64,000 bases of DNA from an uncultured Candidatus Binatia bacterium (GTDB lineage Bacteria; Desulfobacterota; Binatia; UBA9968; JAJDTQ01), in contig OZ244070.1 in assembly GCA_965215605.1 (NCBI GenBank), forward strand, positions 3,680,001 through 3,744,000, read 5' to 3'. Of this stretch, positions 48,845 through 58,163 are shown piece by piece. A program made the translations under genes and the position numbers. The notes under the pieces are model-generated. The model was not told where the DNA came from, made no database searches, and was given only the letters and a program-made list of their open reading frames with translations. The first letter of the stretch is position 1; each line of letters starts with the position of its first letter.

Positions 48845-50098
48845 ATGAATCCCGCCGCCGTGCTTCAGAACCGTTCCATGGACTCCGTGCCCACACCCGC
48901 GCCGCCGCCGTCACCCGGTAACGCCCAACGGTGGGGCCGAAGGCTCAACTACCTGGCCGGGGCCTGCGTGGCGAGCTCCATGAGCGCCGCCACCACCTAT
49001 GTGCCGCTCTACATGAAGAGCCTCGGCTCCTCGTACTTCGTGAGCGGCCTGCCCCTGGGAGTGCGCGCGGTGGGACGGTTCACGTTCGATGCCGCGGCCA
49101 TGGTGATTGCCGGCCGACGAATCCCGCCCCAGACCATGCTGGCCCTGGGCGTCACCTTCACCGGCATGGCGCTGCTGGCGTGCGGGCTGTTCCCGAGCGC
49201 CTATCCGGTTACCGCGGCGTTCTTCTTCATCGGCGCCGGCGTCGCGTGGGTTCAGATCGCGTTGCGCCAGATCGTGTTCGAGGGAGCCCCGTCCGGCCGG
49301 CGCGGACGCGCGTTGGGAGTGCTGAGTCTTTTTCTCGGCTCGGGCCCCATGGTGGGCATCTTTTTCGGCGGGTTGATCTCCGAGTATTTCGGATACCGCT
49401 ACCTGTTCGCCGCGGCAGCGGTCGCGGTCCTGTGGTTGCCGCTGTTGCTGGTACGTCTTTCGCCGCCCCGCAAGGACACGGAGGGAGGGGGGACGTCGCT
49501 GCGGCTGAAGGTGATCCGGGATATCCTCGCGACCCCGGGCGCAAAGCTTTGCTGCGCCTCCAGCTTCTTCTCGCTCTTCTATCAGCCGGCCCGTTCCCTG
49601 GCATTGGCCTTCTACGCCACCGAGGCGTTGAGACTGTCCGTCGCCTCCTACGGCGTCATGAGGAGCATCAGCCAGCTCGGCAACGTGAACGGGCGCTTTT
49701 TCGGCGGGCTCTGGACGGACCGATCCGGGGTCATCGCCTGCATGGCCAGCGGTTACTTCATCTCGGCCGCGGGGTTCGCGCTGGTCCCATGGACCGGCAG
49801 CTTCGGCTCGCTCCTGATCGTGCACACGGCCATCGGCGCGGGTGCCGGCATGGTGAATCTGGCGGGCCAGGTGGGCATCCTGTCCATCTTCCCCTCCGCC
49901 AGGCGCGGGCAAGCGCTGGCGCTCCAGCGCGCGCTGGGCGACATCGGACTCTTTCTGGGCCCCATCGTTGTGAGCGCGGGCCTCGATGCTTTCGGCTTCC
50001 TGCCTGTGTTCATGGGCATGGCCGTGCCGCCGCTGGTCTTCGGGCTGTGGACGGTCCTGGCAAGGCCGTTTCCGGCCGACAGCGCGCGGGCGGATTAG
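48845..50098 (+). CDS. MFS transporter
   Basis: About 12 TM segments; RGRALG, GLWTDRSG and RRGQALA motifs. Confidence 0.85.
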   Translation: MNPAAVLQNRSMDSVPTPAPPPSPGNAQRWGRRLNYLAGACVASSMSAATTYVPLYMKSLGSSYFVSGLPLGVRAVGRFTFDAAAMVIAGRRIPPQTMLALGVTFTGMALLACGLFPSAYPVTAAFFFIGAGVAWVQIALRQIVFEGAPSGRRGRALGVLSLFLGSGPMVGIFFGGLISEYFGYRYLFAAAAVAVLWLPLLLVRLSPPRKDTEGGGTSLRLKVIRDILATPGAKLCCASSFFSLFYQPARSLALAFYATEALRLSVASYGVMRSISQLGNVNGRFFGGLWTDRSGVIACMASGYFISAAGFALVPWTGSFGSLLIVHTAIGAGAGMVNLAGQVGILSIFPSARRGQALALQRALGDIGLFLGPIVVSAGLDAFGFLPVFMGMAVPPLVFGLWTVLARPFPADSARAD

Positions 50099-50155
50099 TC
50101 GGCGGTGGCAGAGGCCGCCGGCGGCCGCCCTTTGCGGAGGTCCGCCGCAACGTCG

Positions 50156-51097
50156 CTAACCCAGATGGGGAATCACATCCGCCGCCAGAAGCTCCAGGTG
50201 CTCCATCTCGTCGAAGGCGGGGTTGAGCAGCAGATGGCGGGCGCCTGCCCGCGCTACCTCGTTCAGCCGGTCGATGACTTCCTGGCGTCCGCCCCATATG
50301 CACACCTGCGAGGCGAGGTCGGCATTGCGGTAACGCACCGCGAAGAACTCGCGCAGACGCCGCTCCGCCCGGTCGCGGTCGTCATCCACGGCCAGGTAAA
50401 CACGCTTGGATACGGCGAAGGTTGACGGGTCCCGTCCGGCCTCGTCGAGGAACCGCGTGATCCGTTCGTATTCCTTGACGAAACGCTGGGTGCCCGAGGA
50501 GCCCGCTCCCATGAAGCCGTTGCCGAAGGTCACCGCCCGTCGCAGTGCCGGCTCGGCGTGGCCGCCGAACCAGAGCGGAAAGGGTTGCTGAGCCGGCTTG
50601 GGCTCCATGGCGACGTCGGCAAAATCCCAGAACCGTCCCTGGAAGGTCACCCGCTCCTCCTGCCAGAGGGCCTTCATGATCTTGATCCCCTCCGTGAAGC
50701 GAGTCGCCCGGTGCTCGGAGGTATAGCCGAACACCGTCTCGGACTCCGGCCACATGCGCCCGCGGACCCCGCCCAGTCCAATGCCGGTGATGATCCGGCC
50801 GCCGCTCAACTGGTCCAGACTGGCCAGGCTCTTGGCAAGCTGCAGCGGGTTGCGGAGCACCGTGAGCAGCACGGAGCTGCCGATCTTCAGCCTGGAGGTC
50901 ACCGCGGCCACGTAGGTCATGAGGATCACGGGTTCCAGCATGGAGAAATTGCTGAGGATCCGTTCCTGGGTCCAGAGGCTGTCGTAGTCCAGTTCCTCGG
51001 CCCGGGCCGCGAACTTCTTGATGTGCCCGGTGTCCACCGGTCCGTCGATGAATACCTGTGGGATCTCGATGCCGCAGGGTATGTGGCCGTCTGCCAT
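50156..51097 (-). CDS. LLM-class flavin-dependent oxidoreductase
   Basis: AEELDYDSLW, RNPLQLAK..SLDQLSGGR, GRFW, PKPAQ, LWFGG. Confidence 0.88.
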   Translation of the reverse strand: MADGHIPCGIEIPQVFIDGPVDTGHIKKFAARAEELDYDSLWTQERILSNFSMLEPVILMTYVAAVTSRLKIGSSVLLTVLRNPLQLAKSLASLDQLSGGRIITGIGLGGVRGRMWPESETVFGYTSEHRATRFTEGIKIMKALWQEERVTFQGRFWDFADVAMEPKPAQQPFPLWFGGHAEPALRRAVTFGNGFMGAGSSGTQRFVKEYERITRFLDEAGRDPSTFAVSKRVYLAVDDDRDRAERRLREFFAVRYRNADLASQVCIWGGRQEVIDRLNEVARAGARHLLLNPAFDEMEHLELLAADVIPHLG

Positions 51098-51101
51098 GAA
51101 G

Positions 51102-52070
51102 TCACTCCAAAGATTCCCGGATGGCCCGGGTGATGCGCTCCTCGGACGGACCGATGTGTTCCTCGAGGGGCTGGCTGTAAGGGACCGGCACATCCAGCGT
51201 GGCCACGCGGCGTATGGGGCCCTTGAGCTTGTCGAAGCCGGTTTCCGCGATGCGCGCGGCGATCTCGGCGGCAACGCCGCAACTCCGGTGGGTCTCGTCC
51301 ACGATGACGACCCGGCCCGTCTTCTCCACCGAAGTCATGACGGTGTCGAGGTCGAAGGGCACCAGGGTGCGGGGATCCACCACCTCGACGTCGATGCCCT
51401 CGGATGCCAGGCCCTCGGCCACTCCCAGGGCGCGATGCAGGGCGAAGGAAGTGCCGATGACGGTCACGTCACCGCCGCAGCGTTTGACGTCCGCCTGTCC
51501 GAGAGGGATTCGATCCGCGTCCGGTACCGCTCCCTCGACCTCGAACAGACCCGAATGGTCGATGAAAACAGTGGGGTTGTCGCTGGCGACCGCGGCCTTG
51601 AGGAGGCCCTTGACGTCGCGCGGCGACGACGGCAGTACGATCTCCAGGCCCGGACAGTTCCACAACATGGCCTGGGGGCTGGCCGAATGCTGCGCCGCGC
51701 CGCCGCCCCTGATCCCGTGCAGCATGTGGAACACCACCGGCGCCCGCACCTGGCCGCCGGACATGTAGAGGACGTTGGCCGCCTCGTTGACCACCTGAGG
51801 CCAAGCCTCGAAAAGGAAGCTCCCGGTGGTGATGTCCACCACCGGCCTCAGGCCCGCCATGGCCGCGCCGGTGGCAAGGCCGCAAAAGCCCAGCTCGGAT
51901 ATCGGCGGCGCCGCCACCCGGTCCGGGTAGGCCTTCTCGATGGCCGCGAAGTTGAGCCGGCGCGGGCTCAGGCTGAAGAACGTCCCGCCGATGAGGTGGA
52001 CCCGGTCGTCTTCCTCCATGATCTCGCGCAAGGCCTCCAGCTTTGCTTCATGGTAGGCCAAATGTCGCAT
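51102..52070 (-). CDS. ThDP-dependent dehydrogenase E1 beta-like subunit
   Basis: PISE.GF.G...GAAMAG.RPV, AAQHS, DPRTLVPFD, SVEKTGRVVIVDE. Confidence 0.87.
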   Translation of the reverse strand: MRHLAYHEAKLEALREIMEEDDRVHLIGGTFFSLSPRRLNFAAIEKAYPDRVAAPPISELGFCGLATGAAMAGLRPVVDITTGSFLFEAWPQVVNEAANVLYMSGGQVRAPVVFHMLHGIRGGGAAQHSASPQAMLWNCPGLEIVLPSSPRDVKGLLKAAVASDNPTVFIDHSGLFEVEGAVPDADRIPLGQADVKRCGGDVTVIGTSFALHRALGVAEGLASEGIDVEVVDPRTLVPFDLDTVMTSVEKTGRVVIVDETHRSCGVAAEIAARIAETGFDKLKGPIRRVATLDVPVPYSQPLEEHIGPSEERITRAIRESLE

Positions 52071-52105
52071 AGGTCGTCATTCCCGCACCCTGACCGCAAG
52101 TGTAG

Positions 52106-53134
52106 TCACGGGTTTTCCGCGAACACGTCGGTTACCGCTTCGGTGAGCTCGGGATAGGGGCTGTCGAAGGCGAAATCCACGGCCGCCGCTATCCGATCCT
52201 CCACGGAGTGGTTCAGCGACCCGAGTTCGTCCTTGTCCGCGTGCCCCGATTCCACCAGCTCCCGCATGAATCGCAGCACCGGATCGCTGTCCCGGTACCA
52301 GCCCCGGACCTCCTCCGGCACTCCGGAAACGTCCCAGGCGAGATCGACGGCGGTGGGCGCCTTGACCACCGGCCAGTTGGTCTCGCTGCCCGGCCAGCGG
52401 ACGGTCTGGGCCTCGATGAAACGGGGGCCGTCCCCCGAGCGGATCGCGTCGATGCTCTCACGGAGCGCGGCGTGGACCGCGCCGGCATCGATGCCGTCCA
52501 CCTGCAGGGCGGGAATCTTGTAGGCCGCGGGAAGGTCCGTCAGCGGAAAGGCCGCCATGGTGGAAGACTGCGCCGCTCCGGTGGCGTTGCCGGCGCCGTA
52601 CTTGCCGTTGTTCTCGCACAGGAAGAGCACGGGCAGCTTCCACAGGGAGGCCAGGTTGAAGGCTTCCGGCACCGCGCCTTCCTCCAGCGCACCGTCGCCG
52701 AAGAGGCATACGGCGATCTGCCCGGTGGAACGGCTCTTGGCCGCGTAGGCCGCCCCCGTTCCCAGCGGCAGGATGCCGCCCACCACCCCCGAACACTGGA
52801 GAAACCCGAGCTCCCGGGGACTCGTGTGGAAGGAGCCGCCCTTGCCGCGGTTATAGCCGTCGCGCCGTCCCAGGATCTCGGCCAGCAGCCGTCCGGGGTC
52901 GCCGCCCCGGGCCAGGATGTGACCGTGGTTACGGTGGGTGGAGAAGAGCATGTCGTCAGGCTGGAGCAACGAGAGCGCCGGCACCCCGGTGCCTTCCTGC
53001 CCGATGTACACGTGATAGTGGCCGCGGAACCGTCCTTCCCGATGGAGGCCGATGAGCCGTTCCTCGAAGTGCCGGACCAGCAGCATCTTCCGGCATTGCG
53101 CGAGGAGTTGATCTTTTGGCAGCGGGGGGGTCAT
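52106..53134 (-). CDS. ThDP-dependent dehydrogenase E1 alpha-like subunit
   Basis: HVYIGQEG, STHRNHGH, GKGGSFH, GDGA..EG...ENN ThDP-binding motif. Confidence 0.87.
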   Translation of the reverse strand: MTPPLPKDQLLAQCRKMLLVRHFEERLIGLHREGRFRGHYHVYIGQEGTGVPALSLLQPDDMLFSTHRNHGHILARGGDPGRLLAEILGRRDGYNRGKGGSFHTSPRELGFLQCSGVVGGILPLGTGAAYAAKSRSTGQIAVCLFGDGALEEGAVPEAFNLASLWKLPVLFLCENNGKYGAGNATGAAQSSTMAAFPLTDLPAAYKIPALQVDGIDAGAVHAALRESIDAIRSGDGPRFIEAQTVRWPGSETNWPVVKAPTAVDLAWDVSGVPEEVRGWYRDSDPVLRFMRELVESGHADKDELGSLNHSVEDRIAAAVDFAFDSPYPELTEAVTDVFAENP

Positions 53135-53283
53135 GTTTCCGTGCCCTGTATAAGCCATTGCCGCGTGGATGCCAACACTTGCCTTCCGGGAGCCTTGCCG
53201 GCCGGAGGTCGCCGGACCGGGCCTTGTTTGACAGCCTTCCGAAAGCGGGCTAATCACGATGGGGTTACGGAGAGGGACGGCAT

Positions 53284-54030
53284 ATGACACTGGAGCAGAA
53301 GGTAGCGGTGGTCACCGGTGGAGGCCAGGGCCTGGGCCGCGCCATCACGCTGGCGCTGGTCCGCGCGGGAGCGAAAGTGGCGGTGGCGGATATGAACCTG
53401 GAGACCGCCCACGTTGTCGCCGCCGAGGTCGAGCAGGCCGGCGGAGAGGCTCTCGCCGTACAGGTGGACGTGGCCGACGAGGCGTCGGTGAACGCGTTAC
53501 GGGATCATGTGCTGGGCCGTTGGGAGCGCGCCGACATCCTGGCCGCCAACGCCGGCATGTATCCGCACTCACTGGTGGTGGACATGCCGGAGGAAGAGTG
53601 GGACCGGGTTCTGGACGTCAACGTCGGCGGCCAGTTCCTGTGCGCCCGCGCGTTCGTCCCGGTCATGAAGAAGCAGGAGCGCGGACGCATCATCTGCACG
53701 GCGTCGGCCATTGCCTACAAGGGCCAGGCCGGCCACTCCCACTACGCCGCCTCCAAGGCCGCCACGGTCGGTTTCGTGCGCGGGCTGGCGCGTGAGCTGG
53801 CGCCCCACGGAATCACCGTGAACTCCGTGGCCCCAGGGACTGCCAACACCGCCATGCCGCGGCAGCACCGCTCCGAGGAATCCATGCGGCAACGGGGAGC
53901 CCAGGTGCCCCTGGGGCGCATCGCCGAGCCCGAGGACATCGCCAACACCGTCGCCTTCCTCGCCAGCGACGCGGCCGCCTACATCACCGGTCAGACCATG
54001 CTGGTCAACGGCGGCGACCTGATGATCTGA
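53284..54030 (+). CDS. short-chain dehydrogenase/reductase (FabG-like)
   Basis: TGGGQGLG, NAG, YAASK, ITVNSVAPG, YITGQ. Confidence 0.92.
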   Translation: MTLEQKVAVVTGGGQGLGRAITLALVRAGAKVAVADMNLETAHVVAAEVEQAGGEALAVQVDVADEASVNALRDHVLGRWERADILAANAGMYPHSLVVDMPEEEWDRVLDVNVGGQFLCARAFVPVMKKQERGRIICTASAIAYKGQAGHSHYAASKAATVGFVRGLARELAPHGITVNSVAPGTANTAMPRQHRSEESMRQRGAQVPLGRIAEPEDIANTVAFLASDAAAYITGQTMLVNGGDLMI

Positions 54031-54077
54031 TCCGCGAAAACTGTTTCGACGACCTTGAACCTGGAAGGGAAGCCCTC

Positions 54078-55229
54078 ATGCTGAGAAAGAAGGTATGTCT
54101 TGTCGGCTACGGCTCGACGGAATACTCCCGAAAATCCGACCGTCCCCTCCTGTCCTACTATGCCGAGGCCATGCAGAATGCCATGGCCCAGACCGGCATC
54201 ACCAAGAAAGAGATCAACGGCTTTTCCATGGTGACCCAGGCCAGCCCCGACTACTCGCCCTACGTGGCCGAGCAGTTGGGCCTGGAGCTGGACTGGGTGC
54301 TCAACGGCGACTGCGGCGGCGCCGGCGCGGTGTGCGCCATCCGGCGCGCGGCCGACGCCATCGAGGCGGGCTATCTGGACGTGGCATTCATCGTGGCGGG
54401 GAACGCCTTCGACAAGAACGTAGCGCATCAACGAGTGCTGGAGTATCAGCGGGCCAACTACGTCGACGTCTACGGCTACGGCGGCCCCAACACTCTGTTC
54501 GCGCTGGTGCAGCGCCGCCACATGGAGGAGTACGGCACCACCCTGGAGCAGATCGGCAAGATCGCCGTCAGCCAGCGCTTCAACGCCGGTTCCAATCCTC
54601 AGGCGCTTCTGCGCGCGCCCATGACCATCGAGGACTACCTGAACTCGCGCCTGATCTCCGACCCCATCCGGCTGTTCGACTGCGTGATGCCGTGCTCGGG
54701 CGGCGAGTGTATCGTCGTGGCCTCTGAAGAGCGCGCCAGGCAGATCACCGACAAGCCGGTCTACCTGGTGACCGACGCGGAGAAGATCGGCTTCCAGGCC
54801 TCCAACATGCTGCCGGACAAGACCGTCACCGGCATGAGCGTGGTGGGCGAGCACCTGTTCTCGGAGATGAGCCGGGACAACGTCGACCTCCTGGCCATCT
54901 ACGACGACTACCCCATCGCGGTGATGATGCAGCTCGAGGACCTGGGCTACTGCGCCAAGGGACAGGGCGGGCCGTTCGTCGATGACCACGACCTGACCTT
55001 CGGCGGCGACTTCCCCGTGAACACCGGCGGCGGCGAGATCTCGGTGGGGCAGGCGGGTCTGGCCGGAGGCATGCTGCACGTGGTAGAGGCCCTGCGGCAG
55101 TTGCGCGGCGAGGCCGGGGAGCGTCAGGTCAAGGCCGCCGAGACCGCCCTGGTCACGGGCATCGGCTGGCTGTCGTACGCGCGCAACCTCAACACCACGG
55201 CCGCGCTGATCCTGGAGAGGAGGTCGTAA
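54078..55229 (+). CDS. thiolase-superfamily protein (SCP-x/Ltp2-like)
   Basis: DYLNSRLISDP.RLFDC, IYDD, LEDLGYC..G.GG, VNTGGG, EALRQLRGEAGERQV. Confidence 0.85.
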   Translation: MLRKKVCLVGYGSTEYSRKSDRPLLSYYAEAMQNAMAQTGITKKEINGFSMVTQASPDYSPYVAEQLGLELDWVLNGDCGGAGAVCAIRRAADAIEAGYLDVAFIVAGNAFDKNVAHQRVLEYQRANYVDVYGYGGPNTLFALVQRRHMEEYGTTLEQIGKIAVSQRFNAGSNPQALLRAPMTIEDYLNSRLISDPIRLFDCVMPCSGGECIVVASEERARQITDKPVYLVTDAEKIGFQASNMLPDKTVTGMSVVGEHLFSEMSRDNVDLLAIYDDYPIAVMMQLEDLGYCAKGQGGPFVDDHDLTFGGDFPVNTGGGEISVGQAGLAGGMLHVVEALRQLRGEAGERQVKAAETALVTGIGWLSYARNLNTTAALILERRS

Positions 55230-55633
55230 TGGCCGGCAAGAGTCTTCCCGCCGTAAACGCGATCGACCGCGGGTTCTGGGAGGGGGCCGCCAAGGGCGAG
55301 TTGCGGCTTCAGAAATGCGGGGTCTGCGGCAAGGTGCAGTTCTTCCCGCGAATCGCCTGCACCGGCTGCCTCGGCAGCGACCTGGAGTGGGTCCCGGTGA
55401 GCGGCAAGGGCAAGGTGCATACCTTTTCCATGTGCCGGGTGCCCCGGAACCGCGCCTTCATGGACGAGGTCCCCATCTGCGTCGCGGAAGTGGAGTTGGA
55501 GGAGGGTGTGCGGATGGTCACTCGCATCGTCGGCGACAACCGCGACCAGGTGACCCTCGGCGCTCCCGTCACCGTCACGTTCATGGAGACCGAGGATCCC
55601 GACATCAAGCTGCCGGTGTTCGAACTGGTCTGA
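55229..55633 (+). CDS. DUF35 Zn-ribbon/OB-fold protein
   Basis: FWE, CGVC..FPR..CTGC, SGKGKVHTF, VELEEG.RM; overlaps the thiolase stop (TAATG). Confidence 0.9.
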   Translation: MAGKSLPAVNAIDRGFWEGAAKGELRLQKCGVCGKVQFFPRIACTGCLGSDLEWVPVSGKGKVHTFSMCRVPRNRAFMDEVPICVAEVELEEGVRMVTRIVGDNRDQVTLGAPVTVTFMETEDPDIKLPVFELV

Positions 55634-55677
55634 CTTCGTTACTCCGGGCGGTCGCGGACAGCCCGGGAAACAGTTCC

Positions 55678-55935
55678 ATGGCCACCATCGAAATCTATTC
55701 CAAGTCCTGGTGTCCGTACTGCCGGATGGCAAAGCGGCTGCTGGAGGAGAAGGGGCAGGATTTCGTCGAGTTCGATGTCGAGCTGGACGCCGGCAAGCTC
55801 GACGAGATGCTGGACCGCTCGCAGGGCCGCTGGACGGTCCCCGAGATCTTCATCGACGGCGACCTCATCGGCGGCTTCGACGACCTGCGGGCGCTGGAAG
55901 CCAGCGGTGAGCTCGACCTGCTGCTCAAGGACTGA
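55678..55935 (+). CDS. grxC: glutaredoxin 3
   Basis: CPYC, TVP.IFI, IGGFDDL, ELD.LL. Confidence 0.9.
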   Translation: MATIEIYSKSWCPYCRMAKRLLEEKGQDFVEFDVELDAGKLDEMLDRSQGRWTVPEIFIDGDLIGGFDDLRALEASGELDLLLKD

Positions 55936-55953
55936 AGCGACTTGCATGCCCGC

Positions 55954-56001
55954 CTGGACCCCGGCGCCTGTCCCGGGCTTGACCCGGGGCCCCGGGGCGA
56001 C
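55954..56001 (-). repeat. nested REP-like palindrome
   Basis: Outer CTGGACCCCGG...CCGGGGCGAC with inner CCCGGG-CTTGA-CCCGGG, between the convergent grxC and GMC genes. Confidence 0.6.
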
Positions 56002-56028
56002 GATTGCGCACGGCCCGCATGACTTTGG

Positions 56029-57534
56029 TCAAGAGCCCTTGATGAAGTCCGCCACCCGCTCGCCGATCATCATGCAGGTCACGTTGGTATTGGCGTGCGT
56101 GACCGTGGGCATGATGGAGGCGTCCGCCACCCGCAGGTTGTCGATGCCGTGAACCCGCAGTTGCTCGTCCACCACGGTCATGGGATCGGATGCCGGTCCC
56201 ATGAGACACGTCCCGGCCGCATGGTGATAGCTGTCCAGGGTTGAGCGTGCCCACCGGTCCCAGTCCTCGCCGCGCCTGGGCTGGATCGGCGGCCCGTAGT
56301 ATTCGGGCATGTCGCCGGTCCGGGTCAGCAAATCCAGGAACTCCAGGGTCGCCACCACGGCGGCCACGTCGTCCGGATGCTCGAGCATCCGGGCATCCAC
56401 CCCCGGCAGCTCGTGGGGGTCGGCGCTCTGAAGAAACACACGTCCGCGGTTGCGCTGCTCCAAGAGCGCCGCGGAGATGTTCAACGTCCGGCCCACGCCT
56501 TCCAGCACGGTAGGCGGGCGCATGAAGATGTGGAAATCCCCGGTTTCCCGTGACGGATCGCTCTTGGTCACCAGCCGGAAGGGGGGCACGACCCAGTCCA
56601 CCTCGAAGCCGCCGCGTCCCTCGAAGCCCATGTGCAGCATGGCGTGGTCCTGATAGTTCTCGCCCACGCCGGGCCGGTCATGGAGCACCTCGATCCCGTG
56701 CTTCTCCAGCTCTGCGGCCGGGCCGATGCCGGAAAGCATCATGATGTGGGGGCTGTGGAACGCGCCGGCGGTCAGGACCACCTCGGCGCCCACCGCCGTA
56801 TGCCGCCGGCCGTCCTTCTCGTAGCTCACCCCGGTGACGCGGTTGCCCGACAGGGAAAGCGACACCACTGGCGCTTCCGCGATGACGGTGAGGTTCGGCC
56901 GGCTCCGGGCGGCCTCCAGGTAGGCCACCGTGGTGGACTGCCGCATGCCGTCCTTGATGTTGTAGGGCGACGTGCAGATGCCCCAGGGATTCGGGTCGTT
57001 CACATCGCTCCGCGGCAGCCCGAGGTCCCCGGCCGCATCCATGAAGACCTGCACCGCTCTGGGCACCTCCTGGCCGAAGAGGTAGTGGCGCTCGAAGTAG
57101 AGCGGCCCGCCGTAGCCGTGGTCGGGGCTGTCGGGGTTGTCCTGATCGTTCTCGAGGCGCTTGAGGACGGGCAGGATGTGATCCCATGCCCATTGGGGAT
57201 TGCCCGCCGCCGCCCATGCGTCCATGTCCGCCTTGATGGGACGGATCACCGACATCACGTTCACCGACGAACCGCCGCCCATGATCCTGCCGGCGAGGGA
57301 GTAGAAGGTGCTGCCGTCGACCTTCCGCTCGCTGGGATACATGTTGATGTAGGGGGTTTCCAGCAGCAGCCGGACCCGTCCGGCAGCCTGCGCCACCAGC
57401 TCGGGTATCGGCAACGGGTCCGGGCCGGCCTCCAACAGGAGGACCTTTCGGTTCGGATCTTCGGAAAGACGCGCCGCCGCCGCGCAGCCCGCCGAGCCGC
57501 CGCCCACCAAGATCGCATCGTAATCGTTTGCCAT
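56029..57534 (-). CDS. GMC-family oxidoreductase
   Basis: GGGSAG, LLEAG, GGGSSVN, LSGIG, GENYQDH, HAAGTC.MG, LRVADAS.MP, NTN, IGER. Confidence 0.93.
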   Translation of the reverse strand: MANDYDAILVGGGSAGCAAAARLSEDPNRKVLLLEAGPDPLPIPELVAQAAGRVRLLLETPYINMYPSERKVDGSTFYSLAGRIMGGGSSVNVMSVIRPIKADMDAWAAAGNPQWAWDHILPVLKRLENDQDNPDSPDHGYGGPLYFERHYLFGQEVPRAVQVFMDAAGDLGLPRSDVNDPNPWGICTSPYNIKDGMRQSTTVAYLEAARSRPNLTVIAEAPVVSLSLSGNRVTGVSYEKDGRRHTAVGAEVVLTAGAFHSPHIMMLSGIGPAAELEKHGIEVLHDRPGVGENYQDHAMLHMGFEGRGGFEVDWVVPPFRLVTKSDPSRETGDFHIFMRPPTVLEGVGRTLNISAALLEQRNRGRVFLQSADPHELPGVDARMLEHPDDVAAVVATLEFLDLLTRTGDMPEYYGPPIQPRRGEDWDRWARSTLDSYHHAAGTCLMGPASDPMTVVDEQLRVHGIDNLRVADASIMPTVTHANTNVTCMMIGERVADFIKGS

Positions 57535-57559
57535 GGCAACCTCTTCCTTGCCCGCGCCC

Positions 57560-57587
57560 GTCATTCCGGGGGTGACCCGGAATCCAG
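57560..57587 (+). repeat. REP-like palindrome GTCATTCCGGGGGTGACCCGGAATCCAG
   Basis: ATTCCGGG/CCCGGAAT stem with the same GTC...TCCAG ends as the copy at 33613. Confidence 0.7.
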
Positions 57588-57727
57588 GGGTGGCCGCGGG
57601 GCGGTCCGATACTGCCGTTCCCTGCCTCCCGAGTGCGGCCCCGCCATCGGTCCGGTCCACATCCAGGTTCCAACTGCGTATCAAGTATGGGGTTGCCGTT
57701 CAACAACGACCGCCACGGCATTTCTTC

Positions 57728-57757
57728 TTGACAACCAGGCTGGCCCGGACCTAGACT
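57728..57757 (+). promoter_or_regulatory. sigma70-like promoter
   Basis: TTGACA (57728-57733), 18-nt spacer, TAGACT (57752-57757). Confidence 0.55.
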
Positions 57758-57821
57758 TCCGCTGTCCCGTTCGCGAACGGGCATGAGCCCGCGGCCCCAT
57801 GCGCCTGACCGAGGCAGAGTC

Positions 57822-58163
57822 ATGTCGAAAGAAAAATCGGAGATCACCGGCTATCACGCCCACGTCTACTACGATCCCAACACCAGGGAGACGGCCAATC
57901 GCGTGCGCGAAGGTCTGGGCGCCCGGTTCGACGTGGTGTTGGGGCGCTGGCACGACGTACCCGTGGGCCCGCACCCCAAGGCCATGTATCAGGTCGCCTT
58001 TCAGCCCGAGGAGTTCGCCGGGGTCGTTCCCTGGCTGATGCTCAACCGGGAGGACCTGGACATCCTGGTGCACCCCAGCACCGGAGAGCACGTCGGCGAC
58101 CATCAGGACCGGTCGTTGTGGCTGGGGACACGGTTGCCGCTGAGGCTCGGCAGGTTCGGTTAA
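57822..58163 (+). CDS. DOPA 4,5-dioxygenase family protein
   Basis: YHAHVYY, PVGPHP, WLMLNR..L.ILVHP.TG...DH, LWLG. Confidence 0.88.
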   Translation: MSKEKSEITGYHAHVYYDPNTRETANRVREGLGARFDVVLGRWHDVPVGPHPKAMYQVAFQPEEFAGVVPWLMLNREDLDILVHPSTGEHVGDHQDRSLWLGTRLPLRLGRFG

